Source: an uncultured Candidatus Rokubacteria bacterium
Lineage (GTDB): Bacteria; Methylomirabilota; Methylomirabilia; Rokubacteriales; DASRDR01
Assembly: GCA_963708025.1 (NCBI GenBank)
Contig: CAVPSB010000029.1
Span: 1-64,000, forward strand
Length of the DNA stretch: 64,000 nucleotides
Direction of reading: 5' to 3'
The notes beneath the pieces were generated by a model. It was not told the origin of the DNA, searched no databases, and was given only the letters and a program-made list of their open reading frames with translations. This document shows positions 9,361 to 19,632 of this stretch, piece by piece (positions within the stretch are counted from its first letter, which is position 1; each line of letters begins with the position of its first letter). A program made the position numbers and the translations under genes.

Positions 9361-9406
9361 TCTCGTAATCGACAGGTCCCCGGTTCAAGTCCGGGCGCCG
9401 GCTCCA
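9361..9406 (+). other. att site (attR): duplicated 3' half of tRNA-Thr(CGT)
   Basis: CT-CGT-AA anticodon loop, TCGAC, AGGTC, T-arm CCCGG-TTCAAGT-CCGGG, acceptor half CGCCGGC-T-CCA. No 5' tRNA half upstream. Confidence 0.85.
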
Positions 9407-9668
9407 GTCATTCCCGCCAGTTGCACCGCGTGGAAACTACTACCGCCTGCCTCCGGGACAGGTTTCGCGTTGAGCGCGTCAACGTGGCGCTTGTCCCCGC
9501 GTGGAATCCAGTGGATATAGTGAGCGAGAGTCGTCGTCGGTCGCGCGTGGCCAATCCGAGCGGCGCCGTAAGTGATCAGGGCACCGTACGCGAGCTTCGA
9601 TCAGAAGCCCGATGTCGGCAGGGATTCGTTCACGTCGGTAGGCGAGAGCCGGGGCCTTCTCGGTGGAC

Positions 9669-10091
9669 TCATTTGACCAGTAGCACGGGACACTGGCAGA
9701 GGATCCCCACCTTGTAGCTGGTCGTTCCCCAGCCGCGGCCGGGCCTCCGTGCTGCGACTCGATGCGAACCCATGACGATCAGGTCCACCCGGTTCCGCGC
9801 CGCCGCCGCGACGATCTCAGCGGCTGGCTCCCCGATCAGGACCTGGGCCTGGGCCGGCACACCCTCCGCGGCGAAGCGCTCCAGCGCCCGATCGAGCGTC
9901 CGCCGTGAGGCCTTCTCGAGACGCCGATAGAAGCTGGTCAACTCATCCGCCGGGAGATGAGGGATGCGGTGGACGACGTGCAGCAGTGTGACTCGACCCC
10001 GACTCTGGCGCGCTAGCTCGCGGGCGGTGCTCAGCGTACGGGTATTTCGCTCACTGAGGTCGACCGGCACCAGAATGTGTTTGAACGGCAT
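9669..10091 (-). CDS. Universal stress protein (UspA family)
   Basis: FKHILVPVDLS...VDLIVMGSH...CPVLLVK. Confidence 0.92.
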   Translation of the reverse strand: MPFKHILVPVDLSERNTRTLSTARELARQSRGRVTLLHVVHRIPHLPADELTSFYRRLEKASRRTLDRALERFAAEGVPAQAQVLIGEPAAEIVAAAARNRVDLIVMGSHRVAARRPGRGWGTTSYKVGILCQCPVLLVK

Positions 10092-10251
10092 GCAGGGGCC
10101 CTCCTCTCCCGAGAAGACTATAACCCGCCATGGCGTCGGCCTCGGGACGGATCGCGTGCTGCCCGCCGCGCACGGTCAAGGCGCGTCGGGCCTCCGAGAC
10201 CCTCAGGGCCGCCCGACGCGGGGCTGTGGGTCTGGCGCCGGGCCCGTGGCC

Positions 10252-10809
10252 TCAGAGCCGGACGATCCGACGCTCTGCCGCGTGGTAGAGGAGAAGCCCC
10301 GTCAGGTAGGCGGCACCCATGTTCCAGAGCGCGAGCCCCGCCGTGATGGCCAGGACCGTGCGATCGCGTGACGAGGCCTCGCCGTTTGCCGCCGAGGCCG
10401 CCAGCTCGAGGCCGGCGAACATGAGGATCACCCCCAGTACCGGAAAGGGGAAGAGCCGGAAAAGCGTGGTTACGGATCCCGAGAGGAAGAGCGCGACCGC
10501 GGTGAGCAACGTCCCCAAAATGATGAGCGCCCCGCCCGTTCGCGCCCCGAAGCGGACGTGGCCGGCCATCCCGCCGGCACCCCGGCACATCGGCACGCCG
10601 CCGAGCGCCACCGCCGCGACGTTCATGATCCCGTGGTCGAGCGCCAGGAGCCGCACGCTGACGGGGCGGTCCGGGAAGAGCGCGTTGTGCTCCTCGGTGG
10701 TGGCGATGATCGCGTTGCCGAGCGTGAGTGCCGCCTGAGGCAGGGCGAGGACCAGGCTGCTCGCGACGAGGTCGCCCCAGCCGAGCGCCGGCAGCCCGAG
10801 GGTCGGCAT
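10252..10809 (-). pseudogene. C-terminal half of a MOT1-family molybdate/sulfate transporter
   Basis: ALPQAALTLGNAIIAT, GGVPMCRGAGGMAGHVRFGARTGG. The N-terminal half is absent. Confidence 0.65.
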
Positions 10810-11037
10810 CCGGAAGCCTGGCTTCTCACGTGTCCACGCGCCGGTCCTTGGTGTCCACCGAGATCCAGTGCGCGCGGCAGGTGTGCCCGCCGGGTTGCCG
10901 ACGGTCCGGCGCGGAGGTATCTTGGCCGCGCCGGCAGGCCTCGAGCCGGAGGTGAAGACGCGTCCGCGGGGTGTCGGTGTCTCGCCCGCCGGGCGCATAC
11001 GGGAAATCGGCGCCGACACGGAAAGGAGCCACTCGTC

Positions 11038-11508
11038 GTGAAACGCGCGTGCGTGCTGTTGGTTGCCCTCGCGAGCCTGGCCGCGGCGCCGGGGCTCGCG
11101 CAGTCCCAGCCGTCCCCGGAGCAGCGCCAGGCCCTTCTCGCGTACAAGCTGACGAAGCCGCTGGCCGACAAGCTGATCGCCGCCTTGCCGGAGATGACCC
11201 GGTACGTGATGGCGAAGCCGAACTTCAAGGAGATCGTCGCCAAGTCGGCGAAGCTGTCGCCCGCCGAGCGACTCGCGCAGACGGAGTCGGATCCGGGCGC
11301 CATGGCGATCCTGAAAAAGCATGGGCTGACGGCCCGCGAGTACCTGGTCGGGGTGCCGGCCCTCCGCATGGCGATCCTGCGCGCCCAGTCCGGCGATGGG
11401 CCGGGGTCGGACGCCTTGATCGTCTCCGCCGACAACCTGGCATTCGCCAAGGCCAACCTGGCCGAGCTCAAGCCGAAGCTCGAAGCGGCGGAAGGCATGG
11501 CGCGGTAG
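11038..11508 (+). CDS. Secreted hypothetical protein
   Basis: SD AAGGAG, GTG start, Sec signal peptide, typical codon usage. Confidence 0.75.
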   Translation: MKRACVLLVALASLAAAPGLAQSQPSPEQRQALLAYKLTKPLADKLIAALPEMTRYVMAKPNFKEIVAKSAKLSPAERLAQTESDPGAMAILKKHGLTAREYLVGVPALRMAILRAQSGDGPGSDALIVSADNLAFAKANLAELKPKLEAAEGMAR

Positions 11509-11789
11509 TCGGGCGGGGTGCCGCGGGAGAGGCACGGCTCGGCCACCCCGCCGCACGTCCTCGCCCACGGCGCCCGCTCGACGGCCGCCAACTCCAGCCA
11601 CTGCATGCCCTCGCGCCTGCCGCGTCAGCCCATCCACCGCGTGAGACTCACGGGCCCGGCCACGTTCTGAGCACCCCCGGGCGGTAAGAGACGGACCTCG
11701 TCGGACGGGGGCCCGGATGAGAGCGCCTTGCTTCTCCGGCGCTTACGTCGGCCGGGCCGCGTGGCAGGCTCCGTGCATTGGCACGCGCC

Positions 11790-11939
11790 ATGATGCTCCA
11801 CGCGATGACCCGCGTCCTCAGTGTGGCGCTCGGAGCCGTCGTGCTCGTCGAGTTGCTCGGGATGTGGGGACGCCACGCGCGGCGTCGCGAGGTGCGGCGC
11901 TGGCTCCAGGAGCGCCGAGCGTCGAACGGGACACACTAG
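11790..11939 (+). CDS. Small single-TM protein (49 aa)
   Basis: MMLHAMTRVLSVALGAVVLVELLGMWGRHARRREVRRWLQERRASNGTH, preceded by a sigma54-like TGGCAGG-N4-GTGCA (11762-11777). Confidence 0.4.
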   Translation: MMLHAMTRVLSVALGAVVLVELLGMWGRHARRREVRRWLQERRASNGTH

Positions 11940-12107
11940 ACGCTCTCTTCCGGACCTCGGCCCTCTCGATCGCTCGCCGCCCTGGCGTCTCTGCGGCGCG
12001 GTGGCGATTCTCCCCGTCGATTCCGCGACCGCGTCCAGGTGACCACCCGCACTCTGGACACCGATGCCGGGCCGCCCCTATGATGGCGCCGGCATGGACA
12101 GGGGACC

Positions 12108-13598
12108 GTGGGGACGCGCGCCGGTGCCCTGATCACGGTCGTGTATCCGCTGATCCACGTGCGCGGGCGCGTGGGGTCCCGCGTGCGGACGTGGACCCGC
12201 GACCAGACCCTGGCGCGGGAGCGCTACCGCGTCGTGGTCGCCTCCGACGGCGCCGATCCCTCCCAGGAGCGCGAGGCGGAGGCGCTGCTGGGCCCGCACG
12301 ACGAGCTGGTGCGGGCGCCGGGTGCGCCCGATGCCGGCCTGTGGAACGCGGGCGCGGCCCGCGCCGGGACGCCGTGGCTCGTGTTCACCGAGGGGCACTG
12401 CCGGGCGACCCCCGGCTGCCTCGAGGCCGTCGCGCGCTGGATCGCGACCGGCCCGACCGAGGGGGCGGGGAACTTCCTCGTGGGGCACGACGGCGACCAC
12501 GTGGTCGCCCGGCTCAGCCGGCGGTGGTTCGGCCTGATACAGGCCCGCTGGCGCGCGCCGGGTGAATGGCCGCGGGTGCACCGGGCCGGGTTCGCGATCC
12601 GCGCCGACGTGTTCCAGGGGGTCGGCGGGTTCGAGCCGGAGTACAGCCAGTTCGCCCCGCCGCTGCTGTCGGCGCGGCTCCACGCCCGCGGGGTCGCGAT
12701 CGGATCGATCGTCGGCGCCGCGGTCGTGCACGTGGACGAGGAGCGGATGCGGGGCCATCACGCCGATTCCGCCGACCATGTCCTCGGCGAGCTCGACGCC
12801 CGCTCGCGCAACGACCCGGTGTTCTTCGAGCGGTATTTTGGCCACGCGCCGCTGTGGGCCAACCGGCTGCGCCGGCAGCCCCGGGTCGGGCTCATCCTGA
12901 CCCGAGCCGTCGTGGCGGCCGCCCTCGCCCGTCCCGACCGGCTCCGGAAGCTCGGGCCGCACCTCCGATCACTGCTGGGAGCCGGCGTCGCCCCCCGGGT
13001 GGCGCTGCACCGGCTCGCCATCACTCTCGACGAGCTGGCGGTCGAGCGCTTGCCGCTGCCCGCCGGGTGGCGGTGGTCCTGCTTCTTACGCGCGCACGCG
13101 CGGGTCGTCCACCTCACGCAGCTCGAGTGGATCCGCCGGCATGATGGGCTTCCGCCGCCCGGCCAGTCGACCGGCCGGTGGCCGGTCGAGGCTTTGGGCC
13201 CCGACACGATCGTGGGGGTGCACGGGCTCGAGGAGCACGGCGGCCGGCGGTTCCGCTGGACGGAGCCGGTGGTGCTGCTGCGGCTGGCGCTGCCCGAGGG
13301 CGAGCACGCGCTGCGCATCGAGACCGCGGGGTTGCGGGGCGCGCCGCTGGATGCCATCGTCGCCGTGGTGGTTGGCGGGCGCGCGCTGCCGCGCGCGCTG
13401 CTGGCGGCCGACGAGCAGGGGACGCTCGTCGTTCGGCTCCCGTCGCGCTGGTCGGCTGTGGCGCGGGGTGGGATCGTCCTCGTCTGCTCCCCGCTGGCCC
13501 CGGCGCGCCAAGGCTCTCCTGACAGACGGCTCCTCGGCCTCCCCGTCCTGTCGGTCGCGGTCGAGCCGATGGGCGTGCCCGCGCGAGAGCCCGTGTGA
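12108..13598 (+). CDS. Glycosyltransferase family 2-like protein with a C-terminal beta domain
   Basis: YRVVVASDG, LWNAGAARAGTPWLVFTEGH, VFQGVGGFEPEY; C-terminal FRWTEP...DRRLLGL. Confidence 0.7.
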   Translation: MGTRAGALITVVYPLIHVRGRVGSRVRTWTRDQTLARERYRVVVASDGADPSQEREAEALLGPHDELVRAPGAPDAGLWNAGAARAGTPWLVFTEGHCRATPGCLEAVARWIATGPTEGAGNFLVGHDGDHVVARLSRRWFGLIQARWRAPGEWPRVHRAGFAIRADVFQGVGGFEPEYSQFAPPLLSARLHARGVAIGSIVGAAVVHVDEERMRGHHADSADHVLGELDARSRNDPVFFERYFGHAPLWANRLRRQPRVGLILTRAVVAAALARPDRLRKLGPHLRSLLGAGVAPRVALHRLAITLDELAVERLPLPAGWRWSCFLRAHARVVHLTQLEWIRRHDGLPPPGQSTGRWPVEALGPDTIVGVHGLEEHGGRRFRWTEPVVLLRLALPEGEHALRIETAGLRGAPLDAIVAVVVGGRALPRALLAADEQGTLVVRLPSRWSAVARGGIVLVCSPLAPARQGSPDRRLLGLPVLSVAVEPMGVPAREPV

Positions 13599-13673
13599 AG
13601 CAAACGGGTCTTCGGCTCCCCCCTCCCCCCGTGGGTGGGGGAGGGGGGCTGGGGGGGTGGGAGGGAGGTCCCG
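13593..13673 (+). repeat. Modular intergenic repeat, copy 1
   Basis: GTGTGAAG...CGGCTCCCCCCTCCCC...GGGGAGGGGGG...GGGAGGTCCCG. Confidence 0.8.
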
Positions 13674-13677
13674 AATC

Positions 13678-14157
13678 ATGAAGAACGACGTGGGATCGCA
13701 AGGGCTGATCGGCACGTGGCGACTGGACTCTTCCGAGACGCGCTGGGGAGACGGCTCCGTTCGGCACCCGTGGGGGCCGAACCCGGTGGGGATGCTGACC
13801 TACGACGAGCCCGGCTACATGACGGTGCAGCTCATGCGGCCGGACCGCCCGCAGCGGATGCCCCGGCCCGTCGCGCCCGACTCGGTGCTGGGGACGATCG
13901 GCGAGCTGGAAGTGATCGGATACCTCGCCTACTGCGGGACGTACGACGTCAACGACGGGGAGCGTCGCATCGTGCACCACGTCACCTGCGCCCTGCTGCC
14001 CGAGCTGGTCGGCCAGGACATCGTGAGGACGTACGAGCTGTCGGGGGACACGCTGACGCTTCGCACGGCGCCCGTGGTCGTGAACGGGCAGGAGCGGAGC
14101 AGCGTCCTGGTGTGGCGGCGCGCAGACGGGCTTCGATCGGGTCGGCCGGCGCCATGA
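13678..14157 (+). CDS. Lipocalin-like domain protein (Lipocalin_5)
   Basis: LIGTWRL, GMLTYDEPGYMTVQL, YLAYCGTY, LVWRR. Confidence 0.85.
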   Translation: MKNDVGSQGLIGTWRLDSSETRWGDGSVRHPWGPNPVGMLTYDEPGYMTVQLMRPDRPQRMPRPVAPDSVLGTIGELEVIGYLAYCGTYDVNDGERRIVHHVTCALLPELVGQDIVRTYELSGDTLTLRTAPVVVNGQERSSVLVWRRADGLRSGRPAP

Positions 14158-15112
14158 CGATCGCCGTCGCGGTCCTGGCGCTCATCGCCGCCGGCTTCGG
14201 CGTCCTGAAGCTCCACGGCGACGAGGAGGTCCGGCGCGCGGAGTCGGCCTATCCGCCGCGCGGGCAGCTCGTGGAGGTCGAGGGGATCCGGCTCCACTAC
14301 CTCCGCCAGGGCGCCGGCCGCCCTGTCGTGCTGCTCCACGGCGCCCACGGAACGACGCTCGACTTCGCCTCCGGGACGCTCCCGCGGCTGGCCCGGGACC
14401 ACGACGTCCTCGCCTTCGACCGCCCCGGCCACGGGTACAGCGAGCGGCCGGCGCGAGAGCCGGCGACACCCGAGGTCCAGGCACGGCTCCTGCGCGAGGC
14501 CCTCGCGAGCCTCGACGTGCGGCGCCCGGTCCTCGTCGGCCACTCGTGGAGCGGCGCGCTCGTCCTGGCCTACGCCCTCGACTACCCGGACGACGTCGCC
14601 GCCGTCGTCGTCCTGGCCGGGGTGGTCTACCTGGAGTCGGAGGCCGAGCCACCGGGGGCCGGCGTGGCGCGCGTCCCCGTTCGTGCGGGATCTCTTCGTG
14701 GCCACGCTCCTCGGCCCGGTGGGGCGCCTCCGGGCGCCGGCCCTCCTCGAGCGCGCCTTCTCGCCCGATCCGCTCCCGGCCGACTACGCGCGCGCCTCGC
14801 TGGCGCTGACCCTCCGCCCGAGCCAGTTCAAGGCCAACCTGGAGGATCTCCGGCTCCTGGGGCCGACGCTCGCGGCGAACGGCCGCCACTACCGGGACAT
14901 CCACGTCCCGGTCGATCATCGTGACCGGCGATTCCGATGCGCTGGTGAAGCCCGAGCGCCAGGCGTACCGCCTGCATCAGGACGTCCCCGGCTCGCGGTT
15001 GCTCGTCCTGGCCGGAACCGGGCACCAGATCCCCCAGACGCGACCCGAGGAGGTGGCGGAGGCGGTGCGCCTCGCGGAGACGGCGGGGGCGGCCCTGTCC
15101 GACCCGCCATGA
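14154..15112 (+). CDS. Alpha/beta hydrolase (frameshifts ~14680, ~14915)
   Basis: LLHGAHG, FDRPGHGYS, GHSWSG nucleophile motif, GDSDALV, GTGHQIP. Confidence 0.88.
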
Positions 15113-15178
15113 GATCCCTTGGCAGGGGTGCCGTCCTTCTGGCAAGCTGACTCGCAGACCGCCCACGACGACATCGCC

Positions 15179-15610
15179 ATGCGTTCCCCGATCCGGCCGG
15201 TTCCCCAGATCGTGCTCCGCTGGAGCGGGCGGGCGCGTCGGCTGCGCTGGGCCGATGCCGCGCTCGCCTGGGTCGCCATGTGGGGCGGCATCCTCGCGCT
15301 CCAGCCCACGGCTGACCCGGCCGCGCTCGGGGTCCTGGCGGCGGTCCTCGTGCTTCCGGCCGTCGCCATCCCGCCCCTGCGCCGGCGGTGGCGACCGGTC
15401 AGCGCCGCGGTAGCGCTGGTCCTGAGCTGGGGGGTCCGCCCCGGGGATCGCGCCTGGTACGTCAACACCGACGGCGCGCGACTGGTGCTGGTCACCTCCC
15501 GCCGCTGGCTCCACGTCGTGGTGGCCGGGGTCGTGCAAGATTCGACGGAGGGCATCACGCTGCGGCGGACGCGCGGCTTCCTCGTGCTGGCGAGCGGCTC
15601 CGCCCGCTGA
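15179..15610 (+). CDS. Hypothetical membrane protein
   Basis: Two hydrophobic segments; fills the gap in the same orientation as its neighbours. Confidence 0.55.
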   Translation: MRSPIRPVPQIVLRWSGRARRLRWADAALAWVAMWGGILALQPTADPAALGVLAAVLVLPAVAIPPLRRRWRPVSAAVALVLSWGVRPGDRAWYVNTDGARLVLVTSRRWLHVVVAGVVQDSTEGITLRRTRGFLVLASGSAR

Positions 15611-15756
15611 GAGGGTGTGAAGGAATGGCGTGCTCCGGCTCCCCCCTCCCCCCGGTGCCCGCCGGAGGGACGGGACGTCGCGAGGGCCGTAGGCCCGAGC
15701 CGTCCCGGCGATCCGGTCAATCGGAGGGGGGTTGGGGGGGTGGGCGGGAGGTCCCG
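15611..15756 (+). repeat. Modular intergenic repeat, copy 2 (internal insert)
   Basis: GTGTGAAGGAATGG...CTCCGGCTCCCCCCTCCCC...GGGTGGGCGGGAGGTCCCG. Confidence 0.8.
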
Positions 15757-15826
15757 ATGGATCCTGGTTCCCGGCGGGCGGCGGGCCATGGCAGAATAGC
15801 AGCCGTGGGAGTCGTGGTCTAACCGC

Positions 15827-16402
15827 GTGAGGATCATGCGAAACATCATCTGCCGCCTCATCCAGAAGCGCCTCGACGCCTTTCAGGACGGTGAGTTGGC
15901 GCCCGCCGCCCGGGCCAAGGCCGAGGCGCACCTCGCCCGGTGCCCGGAGTGCACGGGCGAGCTGGCTGCCCTGGGGCGTCTGCGGACCGCGCTGACCGTC
16001 CCCGTCACCGAGCCCCCCGACGCCGTCTGGGACACCTTCTGGCCCCAGGTGCGCTCCCGGATCGCCTCCGCCCCCCTGGACGAAGCGCCGGCCCGCCCCG
16101 CGACCTGGCTGTCCGGCGTCGGGTCCTGGCGCTTCGCCATCGGCTCGGCACTGGCCGTGGCGCTCGCCCTCCTGGTGGTGGTCGCGCCCTGGCAGCGGCA
16201 GCCCGACCTGCCGGAGGGTCCCGGGATGACGACGCCGGGGCTGCCGGCCGGGGTTGCCAAGGGCGGTCTCCCGGTGACGCCGGCGGCGGTCGTCGAGTCC
16301 GTCGAGACGGGCGACCCCCAGTCCTCGGTGATGGTGTTCACGAACCCGGATGCCGAGATGACGGTCGTCTGGGTGTTCGGGCTGGAGACGACGGAACTCT
16401 GA
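15827..16402 (+). CDS. Zinc-finger (zf-HC2) transmembrane anti-sigma factor
   Basis: LDAFQDGEL...HLARCPEC motif, then a TM helix. Confidence 0.85.
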   Translation: MRIMRNIICRLIQKRLDAFQDGELAPAARAKAEAHLARCPECTGELAALGRLRTALTVPVTEPPDAVWDTFWPQVRSRIASAPLDEAPARPATWLSGVGSWRFAIGSALAVALALLVVVAPWQRQPDLPEGPGMTTPGLPAGVAKGGLPVTPAAVVESVETGDPQSSVMVFTNPDAEMTVVWVFGLETTEL

Positions 16403-16474
16403 ATCATTCGGGGGGTCCCGGAAGACCCCCCGTTGTCCCCTGTCGCGGCGGGCCTCGAAGCCGGATCTCTGCCG

Positions 16475-17435
16475 CTACTTCTTGCGCCTGGCCAGCTCCT
16501 CCTTGGCCTTGGCCGCCTCCTCGGTGTAGGGGAACTGATCCACGAGGAACTGGAGGCGCGCCTCGGCGAGCCCGCCCTGCCCCAGCTCTTGCAAGGCCAG
16601 CGCTTCCTTGTACATCGCGGTGGGCACGCGGTCGCCGCGCGGGTAGTTGATCACGACCTGCCGGAACTCCCGATACGCGCGATCGAATTCCTGGGCGGCG
16701 CGCGTCCGGTCCCCCCGCGTCTGGAGGTCCCGTCCCAGGCTGAAGTGTGACTCCCCGATCCAGTACTGCGCCTTCTCGGCCAGGTCGGTGTTGGGGTACA
16801 GGCGAATGAATTCCTTGAAGGCGGCGATCGCCAGGTTGTAGTTGCCCTTGGTGTAGTCGATGTACGCGGTCTGATAGAGATCACTGGCCTGGCGGCCGCC
16901 GGCACCGGCGGGTGCGGGGGAGCCGGCCGGCGCCGGGGCTCCGGACGTGGACGGGGCCGCGGCGGGAGGCGGGCTCGGGGACGCCCCGGCGGACCGCGCC
17001 GGCGCTGCCGGAGCGGCGGGCGCGGGTGACAGGGGCGCGGGGCCGGGCCGGCTCGGCGGGGGGGCCATGGGAGGCGGAGCCCCCACCACGTCGAGCTGCA
17101 GGGCGAGCGTGTCGAACGCGCCGACGCAGCTCGTCGATCCGGCCCTGGATCTGTGCGGCGTCGCGGCCCAGGTCATCGAGGCGAGCGCCGACCTGGGCGA
17201 CGCTCTTCTGGAGCTCGGAGAGGCTCTGGACGGACTGCCGATCAGTCCGCTGGAGGTCGGCCTTGATCTCCGCCTGGTTCCGCTGGATGGATTGCTCGAT
17301 GCGCGTGAGATCGCCCTGGAGCCGGGTGACATCCGTGCGGAGGGAGGGGGCGGGCTCCGGCGCGGCGCAGGCCGTGAGCAGGATCGATGCCGAGACCACG
17401 CCCGGAATCCATCCCCGCCCCCTCCCCGACGTCAC
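16475..17435 (-). CDS. cpoB: Tol-Pal associated TPR protein CpoB/YbgF (frameshift ~17120)
   Basis: Lipobox LTAC, coiled coil, TPR region LYQTAYIDYTKGNY...AQYWIGES; downstream of pal. Confidence 0.88.
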
Positions 17436-17442
17436 GAGACGG

Positions 17443-18243
17443 CTACTGCTTGACGAGGAAGTGGGACCGTCGGTTCTGAGCCCAGCACGCCTCCGCGCGC
17501 TCGGTGCAGAGCGGGCGCTCCTCGCCGTAGCTGATGACGGTGATACGGCCGCCGTCGATGCCGAGCGAGACCAGGTAGTCCCGCGTGGCCTTGGCCCGCC
17601 GCTCGCCGAGCGCCAGGTTGTACTCGTTGGTTCCACGCTCGTCGCAGTGCCCCTCGATCAGGAGCATCGCGGCCCCGTTGGACTTGAGCCACTTCGCGTT
17701 CTCGTCGAGGACCGGCTTGTCCTGCGTCCGGATCTCGTACCGGTCGAAGTCGAAGTGGACGTCGCGCAGGGACGACGTCTCCTGGAACTCCTTGGGCGAG
17801 GGCAAGCCCGGGATCGTCGTGCCGGTCGCCCCCGCCACGCCGGGGCCAGGCGCGCCGGGCCCACCGCCGGCTCCGCCAGCGCCGGCACCCGGACCGCCCG
17901 CCATGCTGCCGGGGCCGCCACCGCTCATCGAGCCGCCGGGGCCGGCACCCGGACCGCCCGCCATGCTGCCGGGGCCGCCGCCGCTCATCGAGCCGCCAGG
18001 GCCGCTGCCCACCGTGCCCGGCATGCCGCCGCCACCCGCGGTGTCCCCGCCGCCGGCGCTCCCACCCCCGCCCATGCCGCCCGGTCCAGTGCCCATCCCG
18101 CCGCCGGCCGCCGCCGGCCCCGCAGCGCCGCCCGGGCCCGTGCCGGCCGCCGGGGCGGGCTTCTTCGGGCAGCCGGCCAGGAGGACCGACGCCCCGAAGA
18201 GCAATACGACCATGAAGGTGACCTGCCAGGGTCTCCGGTTCAT
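17443..18243 (-). CDS. pal: Peptidoglycan-associated lipoprotein Pal with a long Gly-rich linker
   Basis: Lipobox LAGC, VHFDFD, IEGHCDERGTNEYNLALGERRA, NRR. Confidence 0.95.
   Translation of the reverse strand: MNRRPWQVTFMVVLLFGASVLLAGCPKKPAPAAGTGPGGAAGPAAAGGGMGTGPGGMGGGGSAGGGDTAGGGGMPGTVGSGPGGSMSGGGPGSMAGGPGAGPGGSMSGGGPGSMAGGPGAGAGGAGGGPGAPGPGVAGATGTTIPGLPSPKEFQETSSLRDVHFDFDRYEIRTQDKPVLDENAKWLKSNGAAMLLIEGHCDERGTNEYNLALGERRAKATRDYLVSLGIDGGRITVISYGEERPLCTERAEACWAQNRRSHFLVKQ
17881..18000. repeat. 60-bp tandem repeat (2 copies) inside pal
   Basis: 17881-17940 and 17941-18000 differ at two positions; each encodes PGGSMSGGGPGSMAGGPGAG. Confidence 0.9.
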
Positions 18244-18281
18244 ACCACGCTCCTTTCTCCGGGTTACCTGCGTGAGCTGGC

Positions 18282-19628
<1,347 letters not shown>

Positions 19629-19632
19629 AGTG

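Larger units (their letters stand above)
1..9406. mobile_element. tRNA-Thr-integrated prophage/satellite-like element, right-hand portion
   Basis: Terminase, protease, rep-like, xis-like and CapRel-like genes, ending at a tRNA-fragment att site. The integrase and intact tRNA are expected beyond the left edge. Confidence 0.8.

Noticed and set aside
9330-9406. Complete tRNA-Thr gene
   Set aside because: Only the anticodon loop through CCA is present. No D-arm or 5' acceptor strand (GCCGGCG) lies upstream, so it is an att duplication.
9426-9506. CCGCGTGGAA direct repeat just outside attR as a second element end
   Set aside because: Only two 10-bp copies with no supporting core or gene, which is too weak to call.
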